From NCBI GenBank assembly GCA_020724925.1, contig DYGC01000001.1, forward strand, positions 5,228 through 69,227: 64,000 bases of DNA, written 5' to 3'. Below, in pieces: positions 8,699-17,733 of the stretch; position 1 is the stretch's first letter, and each line of letters starts with the position of its first letter. Position numbers and translations under genes: made by a program. Origin of the DNA: Candidatus Paceibacter sp. (GTDB lineage Bacteria > Patescibacteriota > Patescibacteriia > DYGC01). The notes below the pieces were generated by a model. That model ran no database searches, was not told the DNA's origin, and saw only the letters and a list, made by a program, of their open reading frames with translations.

Positions 8699-9775
8699 TT
8701 AAACACTAAAACGAAAATGCATTGTATCACCATCCTGCACAATGTATTCTTTACCTTCCAAGCGAATTAAGCCCTTTTCTTTGGCCTTCACTTCTCCACC
8801 GCAATCCACAAAATCCTTCCAAGAAATAACTTCAGCTCGAATAAAGCCTTTTTCAAAGTCGGTATGGATCTTACCAGCCGCCTGAGGTGCACTAGAACCA
8901 TTAATTACTGTCCACGCCTTGGTTTCCTTCTCCCCGGAAGTAAAATAAGTAATCAAATTCAATAATTTATAAGATTTTTTAATTAATTGATCCAAGCCAC
9001 TCTCCTTAATACCTAATTCCGCTAAAAACTCCTTACTTTCTTCAGCATTTAAACCAACCAACTCCGCCTCAACCTGGGCCGACAAAACAATAACTTGCTC
9101 ATCAGGAATACCCTTTAGTTCAGGTTTAACCGATAACTGACCCTCTCCCACATTATAAACATACAAAAAAGGCTTCATTGTTAAAAATGAATACTCTTTT
9201 AATAATTTACGATCATCATCCGTCCAATCAACTGAATTTAACAATTTACCATCTTCCAAACAATTAACCACTCTCTCCAAAACTTCTTTGCGTTGCTCAG
9301 CAATCTTCTCACGATTACCTTTAAGAGAACGAATGGCCCCCTCCAAAACCTTATTTGCCAATGATAAATCCGCTAAAGTTAGCTCCAAATTAATAACCTC
9401 GATGTCATCGTTGGGATCAACCTTGCCACTAACATGAATAACATTGTCATCACTAAAGGCACGCACCACCTGAACTATCGCATCGGTTTCCTTAATATTG
9501 GTCAAAAATTTATTTCCCAAACCTTCACCCTGATGGGCACCACGCACCAAACCGGCAATATCCACAAACTCAATCGACGTAGGAACAACCTTTTGTGATT
9601 TTGATACTTCAGCCAGGGCTTGCAATCGTTCATCTGGGACTTCCACTACACCAACATTTGGATCAATGGTACAAAAGGGATAATTTTCCGCTGCTACCTG
9701 TTTTTTTGTTAAAACTTTAAACAATGTTGACTTCCCTACATTCGGTAAACCGACAATTCCAATTGAGAACGACAT
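8699..9775 (-). CDS. ychF: Ribosome-binding ATPase YchF (Obg-like GTPase family)
   Basis: MSFSIGIVGLPNVGKSTLFKVLT (G1/P-loop), DIAGLVRGAHQGEGLGNKFL (G3), TGS-domain C-terminus ...GDTMHFRFSV. The longer ORF to 9823 would overlap tRNA-Arg, so the start was set at MSFSIG. Confidence 0.85.
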   Translation of the reverse strand: MSFSIGIVGLPNVGKSTLFKVLTKKQVAAENYPFCTIDPNVGVVEVPDERLQALAEVSKSQKVVPTSIEFVDIAGLVRGAHQGEGLGNKFLTNIKETDAIVQVVRAFSDDNVIHVSGKVDPNDDIEVINLELTLADLSLANKVLEGAIRSLKGNREKIAEQRKEVLERVVNCLEDGKLLNSVDWTDDDRKLLKEYSFLTMKPFLYVYNVGEGQLSVKPELKGIPDEQVIVLSAQVEAELVGLNAEESKEFLAELGIKESGLDQLIKKSYKLLNLITYFTSGEKETKAWTVINGSSAPQAAGKIHTDFEKGFIRAEVISWKDFVDCGGEVKAKEKGLIRLEGKEYIVQDGDTMHFRFSV

Positions 9776-9822
9776 AAAAATATAATTAAAAAATAAAGAC
9801 AAACTATGTTTCACATGAAACA

Positions 9823-9897
9823 TGGCGTCCCCGACAGGAATTGAACCTGTATTTATTTCTTAGGAGGAAATCGTTCTATCCGTTGAACTACGGGGAC
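9823..9897 (-). tRNA. tRNA-Arg (anticodon CCT)
   Basis: Minus strand GTCCCCGTAGTTCAACGGATAGAACGATTTCCTCCTAAGAAAT...CAGGTTCAATTCCTGTCGGGGACGCCA. Cloverleaf with anticodon loop CTCCTAA (anticodon CCT), T-loop GGTTCAATTCC, encoded CCA. Confidence 0.8.
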
Positions 9898-10339
9898 TTT
9901 GTTCCTTATATTCAAGATACAACCACGACATAGCGCCCCCAACAATCAAAACATCAGCCAAATTAAAAACAGGAAAACGCCAAATCGTAATATAATCAAT
10001 CACATAAGAATACAAAACTCGATCAATAAAGTTTATCAAAGCCCCACAAAGCAACATTGCCACCACGATTTTTTTGCTAAGGTTAAGACTTTTCCGCCAA
10101 TAAATGAATAACAAATAAAACAAAAACCCAATCAACAAAATATTAATAAGCATCAACGGCCAAAAAGCAATAGGAATACTAAAAGCAATAAATTTATTAT
10201 AATGAAGATCCAGTCCAAGCCATCCATCAAACAAATAAAAAGCCTGGCCATCAAAAACCTGTATCAACAGATACTTTACGAGAAAATCAACAGCGAATAT
10301 TCCGCTAAAAATACACAAAAAAGCAAAGAAAAAAGTCAT
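9860..10339 (-). CDS. lspA: Lipoprotein signal peptidase (signal peptidase II)
   Basis: 4-TM protein with conserved LspA motifs (NKFIAFSIP region; FPVFNLADVLIVGG). Its last 38 nt overlap tRNA-Arg. Confidence 0.75.
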   Translation of the reverse strand: MTFFFAFLCIFSGIFAVDFLVKYLLIQVFDGQAFYLFDGWLGLDLHYNKFIAFSIPIAFWPLMLINILLIGFLFYLLFIYWRKSLNLSKKIVVAMLLCGALINFIDRVLYSYVIDYITIWRFPVFNLADVLIVGGAMSWLYLEYKEQSPRSSTDRTISS

Positions 10340-10713
10340 TAGTGCCCCTTTAGTTTAAGTTTACAATCAACACAAGAACTGGAAGTTGGTCTAGCGCGCA
10401 AACGATCCTCATCAATGGACTTTCCGCAATATTTACAAGTCCCATAAGCACTGGAATCCAAACGTTTTAAAGCATGAATAACATCACGCAAAGAGCGCTC
10501 CAGGCTATCTTCAATCGCCAAATTATCCTGATAAACCTCGACTTCGTTGCTATTATCTTCAGTACTATCACCAAAATCCGGGAAAACGGTCTCAAAATCT
10601 TCCGGATTTTTGCTGTTTGGTCGAGCAAAAGACAACAAATCTTTTTCTAGTTTTTCCTTTTGTTTATTGAGGATTTCTCTTATCTCTTGCAAAAATTTTT
10701 TTGATAAAGCCAT
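10339..10713 (-). CDS. DksA/TraR-family C4-type zinc-finger transcription factor
   Basis: Coiled-coil N-terminus and C-terminal C4 finger CKYCGKSIDEDRLRARPTSSSCVDC. Start placed at MALSKKFLQEI; the longer ORF to 10812 is hydrophobic and looks like out-of-gene extension. 1-nt overlap with the lspA start. Confidence 0.6.
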   Translation of the reverse strand: MALSKKFLQEIREILNKQKEKLEKDLLSFARPNSKNPEDFETVFPDFGDSTEDNSNEVEVYQDNLAIEDSLERSLRDVIHALKRLDSSAYGTCKYCGKSIDEDRLRARPTSSSCVDCKLKLKGH

Positions 10714-10857
10714 AGATATCAAAGTAAAAATTAAAATAGATAAACACGAGTTTTTAATAGTATAGCAAATCGTTGTAAAAAAGCAAATAATCGTTTTAAA
10801 GCGTAAAATCAAGGTTAAAACACACTAATTATAGAATTGGAAAAGGCGTAGTACTCA

Positions 10858-11275
10858 AGATCTCGCCGTATTGAAGAAAAGATTTAAGTGCTACGCCCAT
10901 GATTGTACCATGAGCATTCGCTGTGGGAAAGCTCACGGAATTAATGATGTTTCTGAGGCCACCTTTCACCAAGGTATACCGCCTCTCCCTTCGGGTACTC
11001 CCCGAGGACTACCTGTGTCAGTGCAAGCCGACACATTTTTGTTTTGAATTTTATAATTTTTATTTTTGTTTTTATGTCCGAGGGTGAAACAACGGACGAA
11101 GTTTTTTTGGTCTCTCCGCAGAAAGGGAGAAGTCTTGTGATAAACCTCACAAGTTTGAATCACACACAAAAGTTTGTGTGCATGAATTGATATTCCATCG
11201 AAAGAGTTTGTTTGAGCAAAGCTTAAAGCGATGGAACAAAATGAGTTTTTTTAGAAAGAACTAAGGTTAAAGAAC
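10858..11275 (+). ncRNA. rnpB: Candidate RNase P RNA (rnpB), bacterial type with AU-rich P12
   Basis: 660-bp gap with no credible ORF but many hairpins. In order on the plus strand: GGGAAAGCUC (10926-10935, cf. CR-I GGAAAGUCC); CAGUGCAAGCCGACA (11018-11032, cf. AGUGCAACAGA); AU-rich stretch 11037-11077; GAGGGUGAAACAACGG (11081-11096, cf. AGGGUGAAAnGGUG); ACAAAAUGAGUUUU (11236-11249, cf. ACAGAAnCCGGCUUA). AAAGCUC (10928-10934) can pair with GAGUUUU (11243-11249) as P4. Ends are approximate. Confidence 0.45.
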
Positions 11276-11330
11276 TTGGACAATTACTTGTCCGAAAGTT
11301 TTTTTGTTTTGTTTTTTTGATGACTCCAGA

Positions 11331-11366
11331 GGGTGGAGGAGTGAGGCTTCTTCACCTCCTGTTATC
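11331..11366 (+). terminator. Hairpin downstream of the candidate RNase P RNA (possible terminator)
   Basis: GGAGGAGTGA ... TCACCTCC stem (about 10 bp) followed by a weak T-rich tract. Confidence 0.25.
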
Positions 11367-11473
11367 ATCTATAGATAGTATAGCACAATCTAAAAACGAA
11401 AGCAAATTTTTGTAGTAATGAGAAAAATTAGCCAATATAAAACAAATTTTTGAACAATTTTGTTATCCACACC

Positions 11474-12736
11474 TTAGTCACAGAGAGAAAATTTATAATC
11501 TGAATTTTGATATTCGATTTTTAAATTTTCACAATTTTCTAAATCAAAGGAAAAAGGAAAAAACTTTTTCCAAGAATTTTTTCCCGTTAAAATTTTTCGG
11601 TTGCTAAAATTTGTCACCCGAGAAAAGTCCTCTGACAAAAATAAATTTTCCGGGGAGAGCAAATCCGAGCGGGTGGTCAAAATCAAATTTTCAGAAAAAG
11701 GGTAGGCGTATAAAAATTTTTCAGAATCCGACTCCAACAACAATCGCTTGGCCAACAACCCGAACAAATTATAATCCTGCCAAGCAAATTTTTGCCAATC
11801 CAAGATCTCATCTTGGTAGCGACTACCATCGGCCAAAATTGTCTCGCGTGGCTGACGATTCTGATAGGCAAAATAGTACTGAAGGTCCTCCATGGCTGAG
11901 GAATAGTCAATATTTGTTAAAAATAAAGCAAAATCATTGCCAAAAATAGAATTTTCACTATTCCAAAGCAATAATGAAAAGCCCCTGTTCTCCAAAAAAG
12001 GAAATATTTTTAAATAATTATCCCTGGTACCAGCCGGAAAATCAGAGAAATTAGCTTGATTGTCAGCATATAATAAATTTTCGGAAAGCCTCTCAAGATT
12101 AAAAATAGTTGAAAATTGTCCAAGATTCCTGTATTTTTGGTCATTTACAGTAAAACTGATTGAATCAAAACTTTTATCACAAGAAAACTGATCATCTTTC
12201 AGTTTACCAAAACACAAATTATTAGCCATAAAAAGATTTGGCAAAACCTGTTTTTTTTGCTCTAAATTAGCGGAATTTACTATCAAAATACGATTTTCAT
12301 AAACATAAGGAATGTTTCTGTTTTTCAAAAAAGCCAAAAGGTCGTCGGGGAGAGTGGTATAAGAAAATAAAACCAATTTGGCCTGATTGTCAGTCAATTG
12401 ATTCAAATACAACCCCCAATAATATTGCCCCTCTGCCAATAACGAACGCCACTGATCGTTTTCCAACTGTAAATAGTGATTAGCAAAAGCATCACCCAGC
12501 TTTTGCCAATTTTCATTTTTGCCATAAGAATTTTTATCAAAAATAACAAAAAATTCAGCAGTATCAGTGGGAATACTCTTATAGACACTCCAATAGGCAA
12601 AAAAACTCAGGCTCGCCAAAACAAATACAAAAGACAAGGCCGATATCCAAATCGCATTAAAAATAAACTTCCACCAATCAAAAGCCTTTTTAGGCTTTAA
12701 ATCAGGACTAAATTGCAAATTTTCAAACTCTGCCAT
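11474..12736 (-). CDS. Membrane-anchored extracytoplasmic protein, hypothetical (420 aa)
   Basis: Single N-terminal TM helix (FIFNAIWISALSFVFVLASLSFFAYW) then a large soluble domain. No motif recognised. Confidence 0.4.
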   Translation of the reverse strand: MAEFENLQFSPDLKPKKAFDWWKFIFNAIWISALSFVFVLASLSFFAYWSVYKSIPTDTAEFFVIFDKNSYGKNENWQKLGDAFANHYLQLENDQWRSLLAEGQYYWGLYLNQLTDNQAKLVLFSYTTLPDDLLAFLKNRNIPYVYENRILIVNSANLEQKKQVLPNLFMANNLCFGKLKDDQFSCDKSFDSISFTVNDQKYRNLGQFSTIFNLERLSENLLYADNQANFSDFPAGTRDNYLKIFPFLENRGFSLLLWNSENSIFGNDFALFLTNIDYSSAMEDLQYYFAYQNRQPRETILADGSRYQDEILDWQKFAWQDYNLFGLLAKRLLLESDSEKFLYAYPFSENLILTTRSDLLSPENLFLSEDFSRVTNFSNRKILTGKNSWKKFFPFSFDLENCENLKIEYQNSDYKFSLCD

Positions 12737-12742
12737 GAATAT

Positions 12743-14911
12743 TTACTTATGTGAACTATCTGGTTTTGGCAATAACGCCTTACGAGATAAATTAACGCGA
12801 CCCTGATTATCAATTTCTTTAACAATAACTTTTACCGTATCGCCAATATTAACAACATCGGTAACCTTATTAACACGAAAATGTTCTAATTCGGAAATAT
12901 GAATCATTCCTTCTTTTTGTGGTAAAATCTTAACCATTGCCCCAAACTCAAACAATTTACTGACCTTACCTTCATAAATATCACCGACTTGAACCACTTT
13001 TACCAAAGACAAAACGATTTCCTTGGCGCGGTTAGCCATTTCAGCATTATCAGAAGTGATAAATACCGAACCATCATCATCAATATCAATATCCACTTTA
13101 GTTTCTTCCACAATTTTCTTAATAACTTTTCCGCCCGGCCCAATAACTTCACCGATCTTTTCCGGATCAATGGAGAAACTAAGAATTCTCGGGGCATACT
13201 TTGATAATTCCGCTGGTTGTGGAATCGCCTTTTCCAAAACATCCAAAATCTGATTACGGCCCTCAATTCCACGAGATAAAGCTTCCTTAACCATGTCCAT
13301 AGTTAATCCATCGGTTTTGGTATCCATTTGAATAGCAGTTACACCATGACGTGTACCAGTAACTTTAAAGTCCATACCACCCTTGCCGTCTTCCAAATCT
13401 TGAATATCGGTCAAAATCTTATAACGACCACTGCCATCACTGGCCAAACCAATGGCCACTCCGGCCACGTGCTCCTTAATCGGCACGCCCGCCGCCATCA
13501 AAGATAAGCTGGACCCACAAGTGGAAGCCATGGAACTAGAACCATTTGATCCCAAGGTCTCAGAAACGACACGAATGGTATAAGGAAAGTCCAACTTAGG
13601 AGGCAAAACCGGCAATAAGGCTTTTTCCGCCAAGGCACCATGCCCAATTTCACGACGACCAACGCCACGCAACGGACGAATTTCACCAACAGAATATGGA
13701 GCAAAATTGTAATGATGCATATAACGTTTAGTGCTATCATCTTCTTCCATGGTATCCAAAGTTTGTTCCGCACCCGGAGCCCCTAAAGTCACAATAGACA
13801 AAATTTGCGTTTCTCCACGACGAAACAAGGCACTACCATGTGGACGAGGCAACAATGCTACTTCAGCCTCTAATTGACGAATTTGATTCAAAGCACGACC
13901 ATCAACTCGTTGTTCTTTATCCAAAATAGCTTTAGTTACTTCTTCTTCCGCCCAGTCCATAAAATACTTATTTAACAAGAAATCAGCTTTTTTAGCGTTC
14001 ATTTCCTTCTTTTCCACCAATTCAGTCTTAGCCAAATCAATCATATGATGCAATTTTTCCTTACGTGCACTTTTACTACCAACCGGCACATTAAATAAAT
14101 ATTCAGACCACAATGGTTGAAAAAACTCTTTAATTTGATGACTTAACATTTCCTGTTCTTCGGCGGTAAATTCTTGATCATCAATTTTTACTGTTTCCGC
14201 TGGCACGGCCACTTTTTCTTTACCGATCTGTTTACGCAAATCTTCAATAAAATCAATTAACGGCGAAATTTCTTGTAAAGCTTTAGCAAAAGCACCTTCC
14301 ACCACAGTGTTATCAACAATGTTAAAATCGGCATCGACCATCAAAACTTTTTCTTTATTGGCAGTCACGACCAAATTAACATCGGATTTATTTAACTCTT
14401 CTCTTGATAAATTAACTTGATACTCACCATCAACACGACCAACACGAATTCCGGCCACTGGACCATTCCACGGAATAGAAGAACAGTGTAAAGCAATTGA
14501 ACCGGCAATAATCCCGACCACATCAGGCAAATGACTTTCATCATAAGATAAAACGGTCAAAACTAATTGCACATCATTGCGCAAACTCTGTGGAAATAAA
14601 GGACGCAAACCACGATCAATCATTCTACCAATTAAAACGGCATCTTCCGTTGGTTGCCCTTCACGTTTGATAAAACGAGAACCCTTGATTTTTCCGGCAG
14701 CATACAATTTTTCTTCGTAATCAACCATTAATGGAAAAAAATCGATTCCCGGACGAGCTTCTTTCGCCATATTAACGGTAGCTAAAATAACCGTGTCACC
14801 ATATTGAACAGTACAACTAAAATCAACCTGTTGGGCTAATTTTCCGGTTTTTACAGTAATTTTTTTACCTAAAAAATCACAACTAAAGGATTTCTCTTTA
14901 AAATCACTCAT
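12743..14911 (-). CDS. pnp: Polynucleotide phosphorylase / polyadenylase
   Basis: Two RNase PH-like domains, KH domain, C-terminal S1 domain. Typical length of 722 aa. Confidence 0.95.
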   Translation of the reverse strand: MSDFKEKSFSCDFLGKKITVKTGKLAQQVDFSCTVQYGDTVILATVNMAKEARPGIDFFPLMVDYEEKLYAAGKIKGSRFIKREGQPTEDAVLIGRMIDRGLRPLFPQSLRNDVQLVLTVLSYDESHLPDVVGIIAGSIALHCSSIPWNGPVAGIRVGRVDGEYQVNLSREELNKSDVNLVVTANKEKVLMVDADFNIVDNTVVEGAFAKALQEISPLIDFIEDLRKQIGKEKVAVPAETVKIDDQEFTAEEQEMLSHQIKEFFQPLWSEYLFNVPVGSKSARKEKLHHMIDLAKTELVEKKEMNAKKADFLLNKYFMDWAEEEVTKAILDKEQRVDGRALNQIRQLEAEVALLPRPHGSALFRRGETQILSIVTLGAPGAEQTLDTMEEDDSTKRYMHHYNFAPYSVGEIRPLRGVGRREIGHGALAEKALLPVLPPKLDFPYTIRVVSETLGSNGSSSMASTCGSSLSLMAAGVPIKEHVAGVAIGLASDGSGRYKILTDIQDLEDGKGGMDFKVTGTRHGVTAIQMDTKTDGLTMDMVKEALSRGIEGRNQILDVLEKAIPQPAELSKYAPRILSFSIDPEKIGEVIGPGGKVIKKIVEETKVDIDIDDDGSVFITSDNAEMANRAKEIVLSLVKVVQVGDIYEGKVSKLFEFGAMVKILPQKEGMIHISELEHFRVNKVTDVVNIGDTVKVIVKEIDNQGRVNLSRKALLPKPDSSHK

Positions 14912-14913
14912 AA

Positions 14914-15477
14914 TTATTTGTTTATAACTCTCTTAATATTTAAATTATTATTTTTTCTTAAACGATTTTGTGGTCGATAATTAATCAGATATTTTCCCTT
15001 ATCTTCGCTTAAATTTATATAATCATCAACCAATTCCAAGAGCTTGGAAGAGGTTGTTTCCTGAAAAGAAACCGCTTCCACCACGCAACCTTTATTTTCC
15101 TGCAAGTATTGAACCAACGGGGCATAATCGCCATCGCCGGTTACTAAAATTACGCTGTCAATCTTATCAGCTAATTTGATTGTGTCAACTGTAATACCGA
15201 CATCCCAATCAGATTTCTTGCTACCATCAAAAAATATTTGTAAATCCTTGATTTTAACTTCAAAACCCTGTTTCTCAAGAGCATCAAAAAAAGTGTTTTC
15301 TGAAGCGGTTTCCGCTCGTGTAGTATAAGCAATTGCCCGAATTAATTCACGATTAGCTACTGCCGTTTTTAAAACCTCTGCAAAATTAACATTGGCATTA
15401 TAAAGATTTTTGGCTGAATGGTACATATTTTGCACATCCACAAAAACCGCCACCCGCTGGGATTTATATTTTCTCAT
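14914..15477 (-). CDS. NYN-domain (LabA/DUF88-like) PIN-fold nuclease family protein
   Basis: RVAVFVDVQNMYHSAK ... VILVTGDGDYAPLVQYL matches the NYN/LabA-like pattern, including the acidic residues. Confidence 0.65.
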   Translation of the reverse strand: MRKYKSQRVAVFVDVQNMYHSAKNLYNANVNFAEVLKTAVANRELIRAIAYTTRAETASENTFFDALEKQGFEVKIKDLQIFFDGSKKSDWDVGITVDTIKLADKIDSVILVTGDGDYAPLVQYLQENKGCVVEAVSFQETTSSKLLELVDDYINLSEDKGKYLINYRPQNRLRKNNNLNIKRVINK

Positions 15478-15554
15478 AAAAAAATCCTTAAATTTAATAA
15501 ATTTGATAAATGTTAAATTTATTCTAGCAAATAATAAAAGCTAATACAAACACT

Positions 15555-15583
15555 TTGACTAATATTCAGATAAACTATAAAAT
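15555..15583 (+). promoter_or_regulatory. Candidate sigma70 promoter for rnpA (TTGACT-17-TAAAAT)
   Basis: -35 TTGACT at 15555-15560, 17-nt spacer, -10 TAAAAT at 15578-15583, about 20 nt upstream of the rnpA start. Confidence 0.3.
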
Positions 15584-15601
15584 ATAAGCAAATATAATTT
15601 T

Positions 15602-15955
15602 ATGCTGGAAAGAAAGTATCGATTACACCTACAAAAAGATTTCGATTTAGTCTTTAAACAAGGTAAATACAAAAATTTGCCTAATTTTTTGACTATTCAT
15701 TATTTAAAGGTACCGGAAAACAAACTAAAGGTTGGCTTAATTATATCTAAAAAAACTGAAAAATTAGCAACAAAAAGGCATTTAGCAATGAGACAAAGTC
15801 GACACATCATACAAAAGCTCATAAAAAATAAGATTATTAAAGATTCTTATTATTTGCTTTTTATTATCCGTCAAAATTATACACAGCTAAATTTTGAAGA
15901 AAAAGAAGAAAAAATCAGGGAAATTTTGAAATTAGGAGGATTATTATCGGATTAG
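15602..15955 (+). CDS. rnpA: Ribonuclease P protein component
   Basis: 117 aa basic protein. RLHLQKDFDLVFKQGK ... KVGLIISKKTEKLATKRHLAMRQSRHI matches the RnpA RNR-motif region. Classical position just upstream of dnaA. Confidence 0.7.
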   Translation: MLERKYRLHLQKDFDLVFKQGKYKNLPNFLTIHYLKVPENKLKVGLIISKKTEKLATKRHLAMRQSRHIIQKLIKNKIIKDSYYLLFIIRQNYTQLNFEEKEEKIREILKLGGLLSD

Positions 15956-16110
15956 TTATAAAGAAACAATACACAAATTATCCACAGATTAAATTTATCT
16001 AATATAAAATAAATTTATATTAAACTATAAAGTTATCCACAAAGCAACTCTTTTATTTTTTTTTATATTTGTTAAGATAAAACAGACTAAAAATTCATAA
16101 AATAAAAAAA
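15956..16110. promoter_or_regulatory. oriC-like region upstream of dnaA with two perfect DnaA boxes
   Basis: TTATCCACA at 15978-15986 and 16033-16041 in an AT-rich intergenic region. Confidence 0.5.
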
Positions 16111-17493
16111 ATGACAAACCCCGTTGATCAAAGCCAATTGCAACAATTATGGCGATCAATTTTAGGAGAAATAGAACTGATAACCACCAAAGCCGAATTT
16201 AATACTTGGTTTCAAGGTTCTCATATTTTAGAATTGAAAGAAAAACAAATAACAATTGGCACTCCCAACGGATTTGCAAAAATTTGGTTACAACAAAAAT
16301 TTACCGATACTATTAAAAAACTATTAAAAAAATACTGGCCCGAAGAAATTGAAAAAATTATTTTTACTTATTCTAAAAATAAAAATGAAAATAATTATAA
16401 CAATTCCAATACAATTAGTTTAAGAAAAACCGAAATATCAAATCATTCCCCCCAACAACAAGCAACAATTCCTGAATTTGGTCTAAATCCACGTTATACT
16501 TTTGAAAATTTTGTAGTAGGGCAGGGTAATGAATTGGCTTTTGCTGCAGCCAAGGCCGTAGCCGACTCTCCTGGTTTAATTTATAATCCTTTGTTTATAT
16601 ACGGGGGCGTGGGTTTGGGAAAAACCCATTTAATGCAAGCTGTTGGTAACCAAATTAAAGCCATGTTACCTCAAAAGAAAATCCTTTATATCAGTACTGA
16701 AAAATTTATCAACGATTTTATATATTCCATCAAACAAAATTCGGTTAATGAATTTAAAAGAAAATATCGCACGGTTGATGTTTTATTAGTTGATGATATT
16801 CAATTTATCTCCGGCAAAGAAAGTACCCAAGAAGAATTTTTTCATACTTTTAATGAACTTTATCAAAATAATAAACAAATTGTTTTAACATCCGATCGTC
16901 CACCAAAAGAATTAGAATCTTTAGAAAATCGTTTATTATCAAGATTTGAATGGGGAATGATTGCCGATATTCGTACTCCTGATCTTGAAACCAGAATCGC
17001 CATTTTACAAAATAAAGCCCAAGATAAAGGAATTATTTTAGACTCTGATTCAGTAGTTTATATTGCAAAAATGGTCCAAAACAATATTAGAGAATTAGAA
17101 GGATTTTTAAATAAATTATTAGCTTATCAACAAATAAATAACACGCCTTTAACTTTAGAAAATATTAGGGTTATTATGGGTAATAATATAAAGGTTAATC
17201 AAGCTAAAAAGAATTTAACTCCTCAAAATTTATTAAATAATGTTTGTAAATATTTTAATATCAGTGCTGATGAAATTTTAAGTAAAACCAGAACTAAACA
17301 TTTGGTTTATCCACGACAAATTCTTTGTTATTTGTTGAAAAATGAAGCTAATTATTCTTATCCGGCGATTGGAAAATTTTTAAATGGTAGAGATCACACT
17401 ACAATATTACATGCTGTCGCCAAATTAGAAAAAGAAATTCATCATAATGAACAATTAAGACAAGATATTGAAACTATAAAAAAATCATCTTAA
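16111..17493 (+). CDS. dnaA: Chromosomal replication initiator protein DnaA
   Basis: AAA+ Walker A GGVGLGKTHL, Walker B LLVDDIQF, sensor and box VII regions, C-terminal DNA-binding domain. Confidence 0.95.
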   Translation: MTNPVDQSQLQQLWRSILGEIELITTKAEFNTWFQGSHILELKEKQITIGTPNGFAKIWLQQKFTDTIKKLLKKYWPEEIEKIIFTYSKNKNENNYNNSNTISLRKTEISNHSPQQQATIPEFGLNPRYTFENFVVGQGNELAFAAAKAVADSPGLIYNPLFIYGGVGLGKTHLMQAVGNQIKAMLPQKKILYISTEKFINDFIYSIKQNSVNEFKRKYRTVDVLLVDDIQFISGKESTQEEFFHTFNELYQNNKQIVLTSDRPPKELESLENRLLSRFEWGMIADIRTPDLETRIAILQNKAQDKGIILDSDSVVYIAKMVQNNIRELEGFLNKLLAYQQINNTPLTLENIRVIMGNNIKVNQAKKNLTPQNLLNNVCKYFNISADEILSKTRTKHLVYPRQILCYLLKNEANYSYPAIGKFLNGRDHTTILHAVAKLEKEIHHNEQLRQDIETIKKSS

Positions 17494-17733
17494 TAAGTTG
17501 TGGATAAATAATAATAAACTTGTATATAACCGCTGTCTAAATATCTAAATTATAAATAATCCGAAATTAATCCACTGGTTTATCAACAATAATACACAGG
17601 TATATAAACAGGCTGTGTATAATAATAAGCTTATAAATAAACAATATTTCTATCTTTTCCACATAATCACAGCACCTACTACTATTACTACTAATTTTAT
17701 ATATTTATATATTAATAATAATAAAGAGAATTT
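17494..17733. promoter_or_regulatory. dnaA-dnaN intergenic region: DnaA box plus AT-rich candidate DNA-unwinding element (second half of oriC)
   Basis: TGTGGATAA (reverse-complement DnaA box) at 17499-17507, near-box TTATCAACA near 17579, and a run of ATTACTACTAATTTTATATATTTATATATTAATAATAATAAA (17680-17725). Confidence 0.45.

Noticed and set aside
9776-9823. Longer N-terminal extension of ychF (MFHVKHSLSLFFNYIF...)
   Set aside because: The extension overlaps the tRNA-Arg gene and is not part of the conserved YchF N-terminus, which starts at the G1 motif region. The start was moved to MSFSIG.
10714-10812. Longer N-terminal extension of the DksA-like ORF (MILRFKTIICFFTTICYTIKNSCLSILIFTLIS)
   Set aside because: Hydrophobic or Cys-rich junk-like sequence atypical for DksA/TraR proteins. 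An internal Met (MALSKKFLQEI) gives a canonical coiled-coil start.
10941-11169. Two overlapping 67-69-aa minus-strand ORFs in the long intergenic gap
   Set aside because: Arg/Lys-rich nonsense composition, overlapping each other, located in a region better explained as structured RNA (candidate RNase P RNA).
10813-11473. tmRNA or SRP RNA as alternative identities for the structured gap
   Set aside because: No tRNA-like 3' end (T-arm GGTTCGANTCC plus CCA) and no ANDENYALAA-type tag reading frame for tmRNA. No SRP domain IV motif (GGUCCGGAAGGAAGC). RNase P-like motifs fit better.
15478-15601. Expected rpmH (ribosomal protein L34) upstream of rnpA
   Set aside because: Only 124 bp of AT-rich spacer with no ORF on either strand; rpmH is not at its classical position.
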